Part shown: piece by piece, positions 38,636 through 51,471 of the stretch
Numbering within the stretch: position 1 is the first letter of the stretch
Layout: each line of letters starts with the position of its first letter
Source: Octopus vulgaris
Taxonomy: Eukaryota
Direction: 5' to 3'
DNA length: 64,000 nucleotides
Assembly: GCA_951406725.2 (NCBI GenBank)
Contig: OX597814.1
Coordinates: 150,164,001-150,228,000, forward strand
The notes under the pieces: model-generated
The model's database searches: none
What the model saw: only the letters and a program-made list of their open reading frames with translations
Told to the model about the DNA's origin: nothing
Made by a program: the position numbers and the translations under genes

Positions 38636-38636
<1 letters not shown>
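38351..38636 (+). mobile_element. tRNA-headed SINE family C
   Basis: A box tggcctagtgg, B-box-like ggtttcgattcc. The 3' part recurs degenerately at ~4830-4940. Confidence 0.8.
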
Positions 38637-38682
<46 letters not shown>

Positions 38683-38683
<1 letters not shown>

Positions 38684-39050
38684 CTTAGAAAGGTTTTGGC
38701 CAGTATTGGCCCAGGCCATGTCTAACTTAATAGTACCACCTGGCGAAGTCTTTCAATTCAGGATTTGGGCACCATTCGAGCAGAGAGTTATTGTTTGCGG
38801 AGACATATCCGGGTGTGGGTGGTTTGTCCGGGACTGTCTGAAGGAATTTGTCCAAAGACTTCTCGAATCTTGTGTGGTCAGTTTCTGTTTTGACGTGTCC
38901 TGGTGTAATATGGAAGAGAGCGGGTTCAATTGAGGTGAAATAATTGTGCCGTATTGTTGTTATGAGATGCGATTTAGATTTTTAGTTTTATGTGTAATCT
39001 CCACCGCGCTCTACCGCAGCCTACCAGCAAATATACAAGAGTTGTGCATT
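38683..39050 (-). mobile_element. Non-LTR LINE 3' end (CR1/L2 group, clade uncertain)
   Basis: Minus strand reads PALFHITP...RFEKSLDKFLQTVPDKPPTPGYVSANNNSLLEW. Confidence 0.7.
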
Positions 39051-39099
39051 AAGTATATGTGGTCGACAATGCTTATTACACTACTATTTCATATCTGAA

Positions 39100-39226
<127 letters not shown>

Positions 39227-39366
39227 AATAATTTTTTGAGGGAATATAAATCATTGATATTTTATTGTTATTTTGATTTTAATATTTCTATTATATGTAA
39301 TTTTCTAGATGGTGTAATTTAATTGTTCATTTTGAATTGATAAAAGGTGTTTTTTTTCTAATTTTT

Positions 39367-39439
<73 letters not shown>

Positions 39440-40119
39440 ATGTATGAGTGCGTTGTGTGTATTTTGTGTGTGTGTGTGTGTGTGTGCGCGCGTGCGCGTT
39501 CGGTGATGCAAACCGGAAAATAGAACTCAAAACATGAGCATATGTACGTTTTAATCAATAATCGATAGAAGTTACAGAGTGACTCAAAGGCCGAGTGTTT
39601 CGTACGTACGAATCAGCCAGACCTTGAACCACTCTAATTTGAGCCGATTATTAATATTTATATGTATGTTTTCATGTATGTATGTATGTATATATATATG
39701 TGTGTGTGTATGTATGCATGAATGTATGATATCTGTACAGTTTTCGTATGAGAAAACTTAATTGCAATTCTTTGGGTGCTGTAATGTTTTGCCGTGGATC
39801 GAACTTGGAACCACCTGATTGTAAAACGAACATCTTAACGATGCAGCCATTTCTGTGGTCCCACGCACACACACGTGCACAGAACCATTCACACACATAA
39901 AAACATACACCCACACGCACCCACCTACGCGCGCACACAAACACACATATAAGTATGCTTCTATTTTTTAAAGATATTTTTTATTTAAAAAATACTTATA
40001 CGAAGAAAAGTCTCTAAGGAAAAGTAGATTGACACAGCTTTCCATGAGGTCTCGGCCAATTAGCTTTCATTTAATATAATTAATAATTTTACATTGAAAA
40101 AAATTATATACCCCCACAC

Positions 40120-40145
40120 ACATATATATATACATACATATATAC

Positions 40146-40199
<54 letters not shown>

Positions 40200-40760
40200 G
40201 CACACGCACGAGTATATATTTACATATATACAAACAAGCATACATTCATATGTACATACATACCAGTAAGCATACACACATGTACATATATACATACACA
40301 TATACATATATACATATATATATACACACACACACGTACACACATACATTCGTATGTACATTCATATCAGCAAGTATACACACATGTAAATATATACATG
40401 CAAATATACATATAAACATATGCACACACATATACACATATATATTTATATATACATACATACCAGCAAGGATACACACATGTACATATATACATACACA
40501 TATACATATATATATATATATATATACACACACACGTACACACATACATTCGTATGTACATACATATCAGCAAGCATACACACATGTACATATATACATA
40601 CATACATACATACATACAAACATACATACACACATACACACACATGAGCACACATACACACCCACATCCATCCATCCATCCATCCATACATACATACATA
40701 CATACATACATACATACATACATACATACATACATACATACATACATACATACATACATG
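40120..40760. repeat. Complex CA/TA microsatellite with a ~200-bp internal duplication
   Basis: cacgtacacacatacattcgtatgtacat recurs at ~40333 and ~40533. Confidence 0.85.
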
Positions 40761-41250
40761 AAAATCAGAAAACTTCTCCAATAAAACACAGTAAATAGAA
40801 ACAAAACACAAATGTTATCACTATTGATTCCCCCCAGAACAAGGCTGCAATATAAATCTTTATTCTTTGGCAGGATTAAAGCTTAAATCTCACGAAGGAG
40901 TCGAAGTAACCGGCATAGAGTTTGTAAATGTTTGTTTATATGTAGTGGAAGGGAAGGCTGTGTGGCATGGAAGTTGTTTTTACAATATTCTGGATTCGAC
41001 TTTTATCTGAACAACAACTTAAAGTAATTAGACTAACTAGATTTTGGCTGTTATCGTTCTCTTCAGTTTGAATACTTCATTACTAATTTAGTCCTGTATC
41101 TGAATAGCGAAATAATGCGTCATATTTGTTGGAACGTATTAAATGCGTGTAAATGTCTGAGTGACGTGGTTGTGTGTATGTGTTTGAGAATTAGCATGGC
41201 TAGGCGGATGAGAGTGAGAGAGAGAGATGAAGGAAAGAAAAAAATGACGA

Positions 41251-41293
<43 letters not shown>

Positions 41294-41432
41294 TTGATAG
41301 ATAGATAGATAGATAGATAGATAAGTAGGTAGGTAGGTAGGTAGGTAGGTAGGTATGTATGTATGTATGTATGTATGTATGTGTGTATGTATGTGTGTAT
41401 GTATGTATGTAGGTAGGTAGGTAGGTAGATAT

Positions 41433-41529
<97 letters not shown>

Positions 41530-42172
41530 GAGACAGAAAGACTGGTGGAGAAATAAGAAAAGAACAACAATTAAATATGGAAAAAGAAGAGATAGATAGA
41601 TAGATAGATAGATAGATACATACATACATACATACATTCATACATACATACATACATACATACATACATACATACATACATACATACATACACACTGACG
41701 GAGACTGGATCTGGAAAAAGAAAGAACGAGAGGAGATGATGTTTGCAGTTCTGGTTAAGAAATTCTCTTGTGTTTAGGTGTTAAGCCGAAACAACGTTGA
41801 ATGGATTGTCTCGCACAGAAACGCACCATAATGCTTGCAACGTATTCGGACACATGTTCCGTGAATATGCAGTCGAATATCTTAACTATCCAGTCATTGA
41901 ATTTCTTAAAATAACTACAGAATTCTCTTCACCTCATTTGAAGAAATTCAATTTTGTGCTTTACATTATCTTTAACAAACGGGGAAGGAAGGGGATGATG
42001 ATCTCTAGGTCAGTAAAGTCTTGTGCAAATGGATAACTAAACGCCCTCCAGCTGTGACCATCCTTCCTTATAGCGGTATACTATCTAATGTAGGAAGCAG
42101 AGGCGTAACCAGGTTCTGAAGTTGGAGAAGTGGCGAGCGCATAAAAGGAAAAAAATGGGCCTCGTGTCACAT

Positions 42173-42487
42173 CTTTATCTTTTACTTGCTTCAGTCATTT
42201 GACTGCAGCCATGCTGGAGCACTGTCTTGAAATGTTTTAGTCGAACAAATCGACCTCAAGACTTTTTTAAAGCCTAGTACTTATTCTATCGGGCCTTTGG
42301 CCGAACCGCTAAGTTACGGGGAGGTAAACACGTCAACACCAGTTGACAAGCGATGATAAGGGACACACGCACACACAGAGTTTTATATACAAAGGGCTTT
42401 ATTCAATTTCCGTCGACCAAATCCACTCATAAGGCTTTGATCGGCCCGAGTCTATCGTAAAAGACACTTGCCCAAGGTGCCACGAAG
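42173..42487 (-). mobile_element. SINE family A, head missing
   Basis: tttacttgcttcagtcatttgactgc...cacttgcccaaggtgccacg. Confidence 0.8.
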
Positions 42488-42517
42488 TAACAACGTCATT
42501 ATGTACGAAACCAACAT

Positions 42518-43256
42518 AGGATCTTCTCAGTTTGGGAGCCAAATTTCGAAAATTCAGTTTATTGAAAATTTTTAAATTTGGTACATTAATGTAGTTTTCA
42601 AACTGAATCACAGAAAATATCTCACTTTTTCCAGAAAGATTTAAAAAAGTTATTGCGATTTAAGTTTTTGGTTATTTTCACCCAGTCAGAAAATAAGATT
42701 TGGAAGCTGTCATTTTGTGCAAGACAGCACATGTTGACAAAGGTAAGCAAATGAAATACCGGCGGAATTCTGCTATATGTGCGCTATATAACCCCTTAAA
42801 ACTTTATTATTTATTTTTTTGTTGAATTTTCACAAAATTTTTAGGAATTTATATTCTACACATTGGAATTCATACGATTATGCCAAAACCAAAACAAAAA
42901 ATTGGGTAGTGCGTAATTTAAGGCCTATTTAGCTGTTATTTTTAGCACATATCACCACCACCTCAATGAATAGAGTATATTTGTCAACACGTACTTTCTT
43001 GCTGCCAAAAGAGTTCTCATACTTGGCTTGTTACTATGGAAACAAGCATGAATGTATCTGCGGCCAACGATTGGCTAAAATTATCCGAAATTTGCAAACT
43101 TTAAAATCTATTAATGCTTTATTTATTGATTTATGGCGAAGATGAATTTCAAGGCATTGATTAACATATGAAACTATATCAATACACCAAATACGAAATC
43201 AATTCGAACAGAAATTGAAGAGATTGAAAATTGGCAGTCAAACAGTAAAGATCCCT
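42518..43256. mobile_element. Putative non-autonomous TIR element
   Basis: Degenerate ~30-bp inverted ends aggatcttctcagtttgggagccaaatttc / gaaaattggcagtcaaacagtaaagatccc; no clear TSD. Confidence 0.5.
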
Positions 43257-44217
43257 TGCAACAGCTGATATAGGAGTGACGTTAAGATGAAACTCTACGG
43301 GATCGTCCAGTGTCGAGAGATTATGACGTCAGGGCTTGTTTTGGTTTCTTCAGAAGTCAGCGGCCACCAACACATCACAGGAGATTGAACAGACAGTTCA
43401 AAAACAGGTTGGTCAAATAACGTAAGGACTTCAGAAAGTTCTTCCTTGGCCATGCGATAAACAAAACAAAATGAAATTCAATTTTTATCGCACAAATGAA
43501 CTAAGAGTTAGAAAAATTATTGAAAAGTGCCAATTTTGAAAAATGTGCTTTTCATGAGTGTTCGCTCTCTTTGTTCCCTGAACATTAGTGTCACAGGGCC
43601 GGTTGCCAAGTTTCCAGAACATGTAAGTGACTGGAATTACAACATTTTTCCCTGAACGGGACACCAATTTCGCGGCAGGGCTTCTCGTTTACATATAAGT
43701 GAACTTGAGCAACATAAAGTTTTTTTTTACTCTACCCAATCCTTATTGATAACTGTATGCTGAGAACTTGAAAAAGAATTTGGCTGCTATTTTTAGCTCT
43801 TCCAGTGACCACATACAAGCTCAGTCATTCTTGTCTCGTGTAGCTAGTTGGAGAAAGTGAATTTCGCAGCTGCAAAAGTTATATTGACTGATGTTTTTAA
43901 TCTTTATATAACTGTTTCATGTCAAGAAATTATTAATTTAAAAATGAATACTGAAAAAGAAAATTGAAAATATTCTTAACCATAGCAACGTTATATCTTG
44001 CCTTTCCCTCTCACTCTTTTCACTTTTTAACTCCATCCCTCTTTCTCTTTTTCTGTCTTTCGTTCTTATTTTTTCATCTGTTACACACTATTCTCACTCA
44101 CTCGCACTATATCACTTAAAATACGAATGAGGAATAATGGCACACTTGGAAGAACGTCGGTCAGTATATATATTTGGTTACATCCCGTATAGATCCATTT
44201 AGTTTAATGTGCTTAAA

Positions 44218-45023
44218 ATATCGGTTTTAAATTTTGGCACAAGGCCAGCAATTTCGTGAAAGGTGGGTTAAGTCGATTACATCGACCCCAGTGCTCAACT
44301 GGTACTTATTTTATCGACTCCGAAAGAATGAAAGGCAAAGTTAACCCCGGCGGAATTTGAACTTAGAACGAAATATCTATTTCTTTACTACCCACAAAGG
44401 GCTAAACACAGAGAGGACAAACAAGGACAGACAAAAGGATTTAGTCGATTATATCGACCCCAGTGCGTAACTGGTACTTATTTAATCGACCCCGAAAGGA
44501 TGAAAGGCAAAGTCGACCTCGGCGGAATTTGGGCTCAGAACGTAGTGGTAGACAAAATACCTATTTCTTTACTATCCACAAGGGGCTAAGCACAGAGAGG
44601 ACAAACAAGGACAGACAAACGGATTAAATCGATTACATCGACCCCAGTGCGTAACTGGTACTTAATTTATCGACCCTGATAGGATGAAAGATAAAGTCGA
44701 CCTCGGTGGAATTTGAACTCAGAACGTAGCGGCAGACGAAATACCGCAAAGTATTTCGCCCGGCGTGCTAACGGTTCTGCCAGCTCGCCGCCTTACAATG
44801 TGTTTAAAACACTGGTTTCAAATTTTGGAATAAGACCAGCAACTTTGAGGTGGGGGAAGTCGATTACATTGATCCCAGTGCTCAACTAGAACTTATTTTC
44901 TCAACCCCGAAAGAATGAAAAGCAAATTTGACCTAGGCAGAATTTGAACTCAAAACGTAAAGACAGACAAAATGCTGCTAAGTATTTCACCAGGTGTGTT
45001 GACGATTCTGTCAGTTCGCCGCC
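44218..45023 (-). mobile_element. SINE family B cluster: two young Tx1-tailed units joined to an older remainder (44218-44792) plus an old monomer (44810-45023)
   Basis: Units end ...tagtaaagaaata|g(g/a)tattt. The distal remainder is more diverged and carries the ancestral tail. Confidence 0.9.
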
Positions 45024-45321
45024 TTATAATGTATTTAAACTATTGAGACCAACATAATCAACTCTATTCTAAAATACCATGCAATGCAGTGCTCCAGCAT
45101 AACCACAGTCCTATGACTAAATTCAAGTAAAGATTATAATTATTGGATTATGTAGTCCTAGGTGTACCGTGGAACGATCATGGCTGAGATGCTTTTGATA
45201 ATAAGTATGTTCGATCAAGATTCATCTGGGAAGAAAACAAGGTACTAGCAAGTATCAGAATACATAAGATAAATGGGTTCTTCCTTAACGTGCAGCCTAT
45301 TACAGTATCTATAGTCTACGC

Positions 45322-45540
45322 CAGTGCTTTTCAAACTTTTTGCTGGAGCGGAACCCCAAGGAAACATTCCACTGGCTCGAGGAACCCCTGAGCAATAATT
45401 TAATAGTCTTATGCACACATATCTGCACAGGAGAATTAAAAATTACTGCCGATTTTAGCAGTTTTGTAACTTCTTGCGGAACCCCTGGACTGTACTGGCG
45501 GAACCCTAAGGTTCCGCGGAACCCTGTTTGAAAACCACTG
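45322..45540. mobile_element. hAT-type MITE, young
   Basis: TIRs cagtgcttttcaaac / gtttgaaaaccactg; perfect 8-bp TSD gtctacgc. Confidence 0.9.
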
Positions 45541-48267
45541 GTCTACGCTGTGAAAGGAAGTGATTTGGGTCAGTGTTAAGTCTTAGAGTTACTCTGCACG
45601 CTAAAGTGTAAATGGCCAGTTAGATCGCACGCTAAAGTAAAACCAAAAATTGAGTGTACTTGTATACAAGCTGAATAAAATAATGATCTTTAAAATTGTT
45701 TTAAAATGTTACGTATGCTTTATTCAGTTTACAGGCAGACAACACAAATTATTATAAAGCAGCTTAAGTAATCACTATATTATTATTTTAAACCCCAGTA
45801 AGGGTGTTGAAGAAGCAGAATCTATAAAATGTCAGAAAAATTACTTTGATGTCTGTCTGAGTTCAAATTCTACCGGAGCTCTTTATCCCTCTAGGGTCAA
45901 TTACATGAAATACCAGTTAAGTACTAAGAACCCCTTCCCTCAAAATGTCTAGTCTTGTGCTTAAATTAGAAACCATTATTCTAAACTTCACTATTTGAAA
46001 ATCTTAGTTATTTGATATACCAGATGTAGATAAGAGAAAACAGATTTAGTAGATGCTTGTTGCCTTTTCTCTTTTAGATTGATGTAATTAAGATGTATCA
46101 AAACATATACATCTTGTAAACATTACTAAACTATACAACACTTGTTAGTCATCTTTAGTAGCTTGTACGTAACATCACATAAGTTCAGTTAAGTTAAATG
46201 CTTTTCCATTCTTATTAACATAGAAGAAATAATCAGATCAGTATGTAAGCATGTATTTATGTATGTAATTAAAAATATTTCCATCGTATTGGTACATGTA
46301 TATTTTGCGAGATGGGTTCAACGAAACAAAGCTTCGCTATTCGAAATGATATAACAGCAAAATGCTATATGGTGAACTGTAAAACATTTCTTGCATATTT
46401 TCAGTTTCGCTTACATATTGAATGTACACAGTACGTGTTAGCTACTTTCTTTGCTTGAGAACATCAGCTTTTCGTGATTATTACTTAAACACGTAGCAAC
46501 ATAACTAAGACGCCAATGAATTTGGGTACAAATGTAAATTTATAATCTTGGTTTCGAAGTAGTTGTTTACATAAGATCTCTTTTTGACTAATTTCGAATG
46601 TATGTGCGTAGATAGAGAAATATTTATAAACATGTTCCTGACTGGAGTTTGAGAGTTTGTCGGCTTCTGCTCGAGATGTAAAAAATATATACAAGACAAA
46701 CTCAGGGTGATCCTGTCTTGTTCTTTCCGTCAGCCTTTAAATCTAAATCTTGCAAATTCCTGATTCCTAGGTATGGTGAACATCTATGGCAGCAGTCCCT
46801 AGCAACCATTTCTTCGATTGGCATTTCGCAAAAATCCCTTCCGAATATTTTGCAAATAAATAAACAAAAGCAAGAATCGTTATTTTAATCAGTCAAAATC
46901 TAATCTTGCATAGTGGTTTATAATCCATGTTTTGTACGCTATTCCTTTTCGATATTTGCGTGGACTATTTCCCCCTGGATGAAAGTTTTACGGAAATCGA
47001 TGAAAAAGAATATTTATAATGAAATTGTATTTAGATTTATAGTATTAGAGAATGTAAATAAAAGAAATTAGAACAAAGAATAACATCAGAATTTTAATTT
47101 TTTTACAATACAATTAACTTCATCACTGGTGTTAACGAATCAAACATGTACTTTAATTTCAAGATTAAAAAAACAACAACAAACAAAGAAAAAGCAAATG
47201 TAGAATAAATTATTATATCCAATAAATCATATCATGGATACAATATTTATGAAACGTAAAATAAATAATGGTTGCATTGTGTTTCAATAGATTTTGCTAT
47301 CTTAAAATATCAGCTTCGATATTTGATAAAGAGAACCTCATAACTTCTTTTCTTTACATACTCATAATTTACTTCATTCTTTACTGAAACCTATCTAAAC
47401 CAGATATGAGAAAGGAAAAGCTAACAGCAAAAACTTCAATTCCTTCAAAAGACGGGTATACATCTTATAGATTAAACCATAATTCTTCATAGCTATTTTG
47501 TTGAAATAGAGTCTGAACTTCAAAGACAAATCAGCAATAATATTTTTTGTATCAGCCTGGAATAGATTTAAAACCCAATCGAGTATTATAAGCATTTTAA
47601 GATCTTTAAATGTAGTTTCTATATTTTTCTTAAATACTTGAAGGTGAAGATAGAAATATTCTAGTTTTGTTAAGTAAATTACCTATTAAACATAAACTAC
47701 CAGCATGTGTTCCGGAAATGTCGACCGGGACATGACAGTAGTCCCTGTTAGCTATACTGATGTTCTAAATTGACATTTGGCTAGCTAATAAATCTGATTA
47801 TTCTTTCTTTTGTTTAAAGAAACATCTTGTTCCTTTGCTAAAAAGTGTGACATCATTTCATTTGTTAAATATCAGAAAGATAAGCAATAACTGCTTTCTG
47901 ATTTCATGATCCTAAAATATTATCTTGACCACAGTTAATGAAGTCCAAGAAGTAAATCGTAAAGTTTATCAATATATTGCAGGCAGTTTCCTTTTGATAA
48001 CTATCTATTCTCAGTATGTATATGAAGCTGTCTAAATCCTCTCTCGTTTCCATGGCCATATTAGTGAAATATATGTATATTTAGCGAGAGAATTTTAAAA
48101 TCTTATTAACAATTTTGATTACAACTTAAGTTTCGTGTTATCTATAACTAAAATGCTGTGCAGTTAAATGTTACATATGAATTACACAGTGGATGGTAAA
48201 AATATTTAGAATTGCTCTTAAGTGGATTATAAATCCACAACGACTACTAATAACAGAAGTTGCACAG

Positions 48268-48485
48268 GTTTCAAATTTTGGTACAAAACCAGCAATTTTA
48301 AGTGGGGTTGGGGTTGGAGGGTAAATCGATTACATCGCTTCTAGTGTTCAACTCATACCTATTTTATCGACCTCGAAGGATAAAAGGAAAAGTAGATCTC
48401 GACGGAATTTGAACCTCGAACGTAAAGAGCTGGAAGAAATGCTGCTAAGAATTTTGGCCGACTCGCAAACGATCTTGCCAGCTTG
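48268..48485 (-). mobile_element. SINE family B, old monomer
   Basis: aatcgattacatcg...cctattttatcgacc...ggaatttgaac with the ancestral tail. Confidence 0.7.
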
Positions 48486-48520
48486 TTGCTTTTGCACATG
48501 CAATATTGATTTTAAAATAA

Positions 48521-49505
48521 GGCGGCGAGCTGGCAGAAACGTTAGCACGCCGGGCGAAATGCTTAGCAGTATTTTGTCTGCCGCTACGTTCTGAGTTCGA
48601 ATTCCGCCAAGGTCGACTTTGCCTTTCATCCTTTCGGGGTCGATTAAATAAGTACCATTTACGCACTGAGATCGATATAATCGACTTAATCCGTTTGTCT
48701 GTCCTTGTTTGTCCTCTCTGTGTTTAGCTCCTTGTGGGTAGTAAAGAAATAAATATTTCGTCTGCTGTTACGTTCTGAGTTCAAATTCCGCCGAGGTCGA
48801 CTTTGCCTTTCATCCTTTCGGGGTCGATAAATTAAGTACCAGTTACGCACTGGGGTCGATGTAATTGACTTAATCCCTTTGTCTGTCCTTGTTTGTCCCC
48901 TCTATGTTTAGCCCCTTGTGGGCAATAAGGAAATAAGAAACGTTAACACACCGGGCGAAGTGCTTAGCGGTATTTCGTCTGCGTTACGTTGTGAGTTCAA
49001 ATTCCGCTGAGGTCGACTTTGCCTTTCATCCTTTCGGGGTCGATAAATTAAGTACCAGTTACGCACTGGGGTCGATATAATCGACTTAATCCGTTTGTCT
49101 GTCCTTGTTTGTCCTCTCTGTGTTTAGCCCCTTGTGGGTAGTAAAGAAATAGATATTTCGTCTGCCGTTACATTCTGAGTTCAAATTCCGCCGAGGTCGA
49201 CTTTGCCTTTCATCCTTTCGGGGTCGATAAATTAAGTACCAGTTACGCACTGGGGTCGATGTAATCGACTTAATCCCTTTATCTGTCCTTGTTTGTCTCC
49301 TCTATGTTTGGCTCCTTGTGGGCAATAAAGAAATAAGAAACGTTAACATACCGGGCGAAATGCTTAGCGGTATTTCGTCTGTCTTTACGTCCTGAGTTCA
49401 AATTCCGCCGAGGTCGACTTTGCCTTTCATCTTTTCGGGGTCGATAAATTAAGTACCCCTCCCCCAAAATGTTCGGGCCTTGTGCCTTGAGTAGAAAAAA
49501 ATAAC
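48521..49505 (+). mobile_element. SINE family B five-unit array
   Basis: Four Tx1-tailed units (alternating variants), then one remainder with the ancestral tail. Outer near-perfect 13-bp TSD gattttaaaataa / gatttaaaaataa. Confidence 0.9.
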
Positions 49506-50070
49506 GATTTAAAAATAAATCTCCCAAATCTTGTAAATCGTTGAACCTTTTGCATTAATTTTCCTGAAATAGCAAGTGCACATAGGTCAGCAATAAAGTC
49601 TCTTTATCATATTCGGTATCATATTCAAGTTGTAAACAAAATTTAGTTGTTTTAAGTCACCATAAACCTTGTTTTCAGCGTCTTTTCATTGATTTTAGCC
49701 GAGACTAGTCTATTACTGAGCAAAATTATATCAGTTGTAGTTGGTAACAGCATGCCAAAAATTTCTTTCATAGAAGGTGAAATAATAGTCTGTCTCATGC
49801 TATAAGGTTTCCACATTTAGCTGTGAACTTTGAAATTTCGTAAGCTGCAATAAGCTCTTACCCAACCTTACTTTTTAAAATAGTCTTTAGGCGTGACTGC
49901 GTGATAATAATTTTGCTTCTCAGCTACATGGTTCCGGGTTTACTCCCACGGCGTAACACTTTGGATAAATCTCTTCTATTATAGCTCCGAGCCGACCAAA
50001 GCCTTGTGTGTGGATTTGGAAGACGGAAACTGAAAGAAGCCTGTTATATAAATGTATATATATATATATA

Positions 50071-51397
50071 GATGTGTGTATTTTCCCTTGTTAACAATTA
50101 ATACGGGAAAAATAGATAAATAGTTACCAGGGTAGCAAAAAATCACACAAGTAAAGAGGTTGTAACTCCTAATTTTTAAAGGTAGACACTTCGGGTTTAC
50201 GTGAAATTTTTTTTGTATAATATATAAATAAATAAATGGAGTTTAACGCAGGTGTAATTCAAAGATATCACTGATATTATTTCAAAGGCATAAATGGTGT
50301 AAAACAATGTAATATTCTCTTCGGGAAGTGAAGAAATGAAACTCGTCAATAAGACGTTTATTTATATCCCTAAATGTTGAGTAATTGATAGAAATTCTTT
50401 TAGATAACTATAACGACGTGCTTCCAATGTAAAATTGTATTTTATTATGAGTAATAATTTTACACTGCTATATAGAATTTTAAATTTTAGAGTTACTTGA
50501 CATGAACTTAATTCTGTTGGAATTGACTTCAGATACAATAACCTTGTTATTAATATTTCTAGAGGGATGGATGGTATTAGCTAAATTAATGTTATTATTA
50601 GTAAATGTATTAATATTTAACAGGTTGTTATTATGTGAAGAGATAATTTGTAAGAGAATAAGTTTATGTGAAGTAACTCTAAAATTAAAAATTCTATATA
50701 CCAGTGTAAAATTATTACTCATAATAAAGTAAAATTCTACATTGGAAGCACGTCGTTACAGTTATCTAAAAGAATTTCTATCCATTACTCAACATTTAGG
50801 GATAGGAATAAACGTAACAGTACAGGGCTCAGTAAATTAATTTGGGATCTAAAAGACCACAATGAACAATTTAATTTAGAATGGTTGATTCTCCCAATCT
50901 CGATACCGTATGACAAAGGCAAGGAATTCTGTCTTCTCTGTAATTCTGAACTATTTTTCATTATTTTTTCTAAAAATCCCCTAGTAAACACGGTTATAGA
51001 GCGTGCATACCGATGTAAACATTGGCAAAAACACACCTTTAGTTCGTATAAGTAATCTCTATCATTATATATAATTTAAACATTAATTTTCTTTTTATAT
51101 TTAACATTCACTAAAAATATACATATTTTCCTAGTTTATAAGGTTTTATTTAAAATACATATAGTCATATACTTCTCATTTATTTAACTTTTACTTAATT
51201 TATCCCCCCTCTGTCTATTGGCTACTTCTGACGTTTTATCATATAACGTTTTTTCAAGAAATATTAATAGCGTTCAGTAAATCACTATACATATCCATCA
51301 TTTTCTGTTAAAATGTCTTATTGACGAGTTTAATTTCTTCATGTGTCGGAAGTAAAAGTATTTGAATTACACCTGCGTTAAACTCCATTTATTTATT

Positions 51398-51398
<1 letters not shown>
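50071..51398. mobile_element. Inverted (tail-out) pair of Naiad-like PLE fragments
   Basis: ~50355-50498 is the reverse complement of ~50671-50814. ~50227-50263 is the reverse complement of 51361-51398. Minus copy reads LLQIISSHN...RIKFMSSNSKI*; bounded by (TA)n on both sides. Confidence 0.85.
50672..51055 (+). pseudogene. Uninterrupted 127-codon PLE GIY-YIG endonuclease frame lacking a start (not in the ORF track)
   Basis: SNSKIKNSIYQCKIITHNKVKFYIGSTS...RISIHYSTF...STGLSKLIWDLK...FCLLCNSE...LVNTVIERAYRCKHWQKHTFSSYK*. About 65% identical by hand count (69/106) to the 36805-37326 copy. Confidence 0.85.

Positions 51399-51471
<73 letters not shown>

Noticed and set aside
40060-41695. Many long overlapping ORFs (YIYI, HTHT, LSIY repeats), also at 5-6, 23-25, 32 and 36 kb
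   Set aside because: Stop-free frames of di- and tetranucleotide repeats.
43354-43421. Possible plus-strand exon (ttcttcag...ataac/gtaagg) reading KSAATNTSQEIEQTVQKQVGQI
   Set aside because: Splice-like signals only; no recognisable protein or partner exon.
48521-49505. CRISPR-like or tRNA-gene array
   Set aside because: Units are 180-220 bp, wholly repeated with no unique spacers; they are SINE copies and there are no cas genes.
50672-51300. Selenocysteine recoding or SECIS as reported for some Naiad elements
   Set aside because: The conserved Cys codons are TGT with no in-frame TGA inside the domain, and I could not see a SECIS by eye. SECISearch would settle it.
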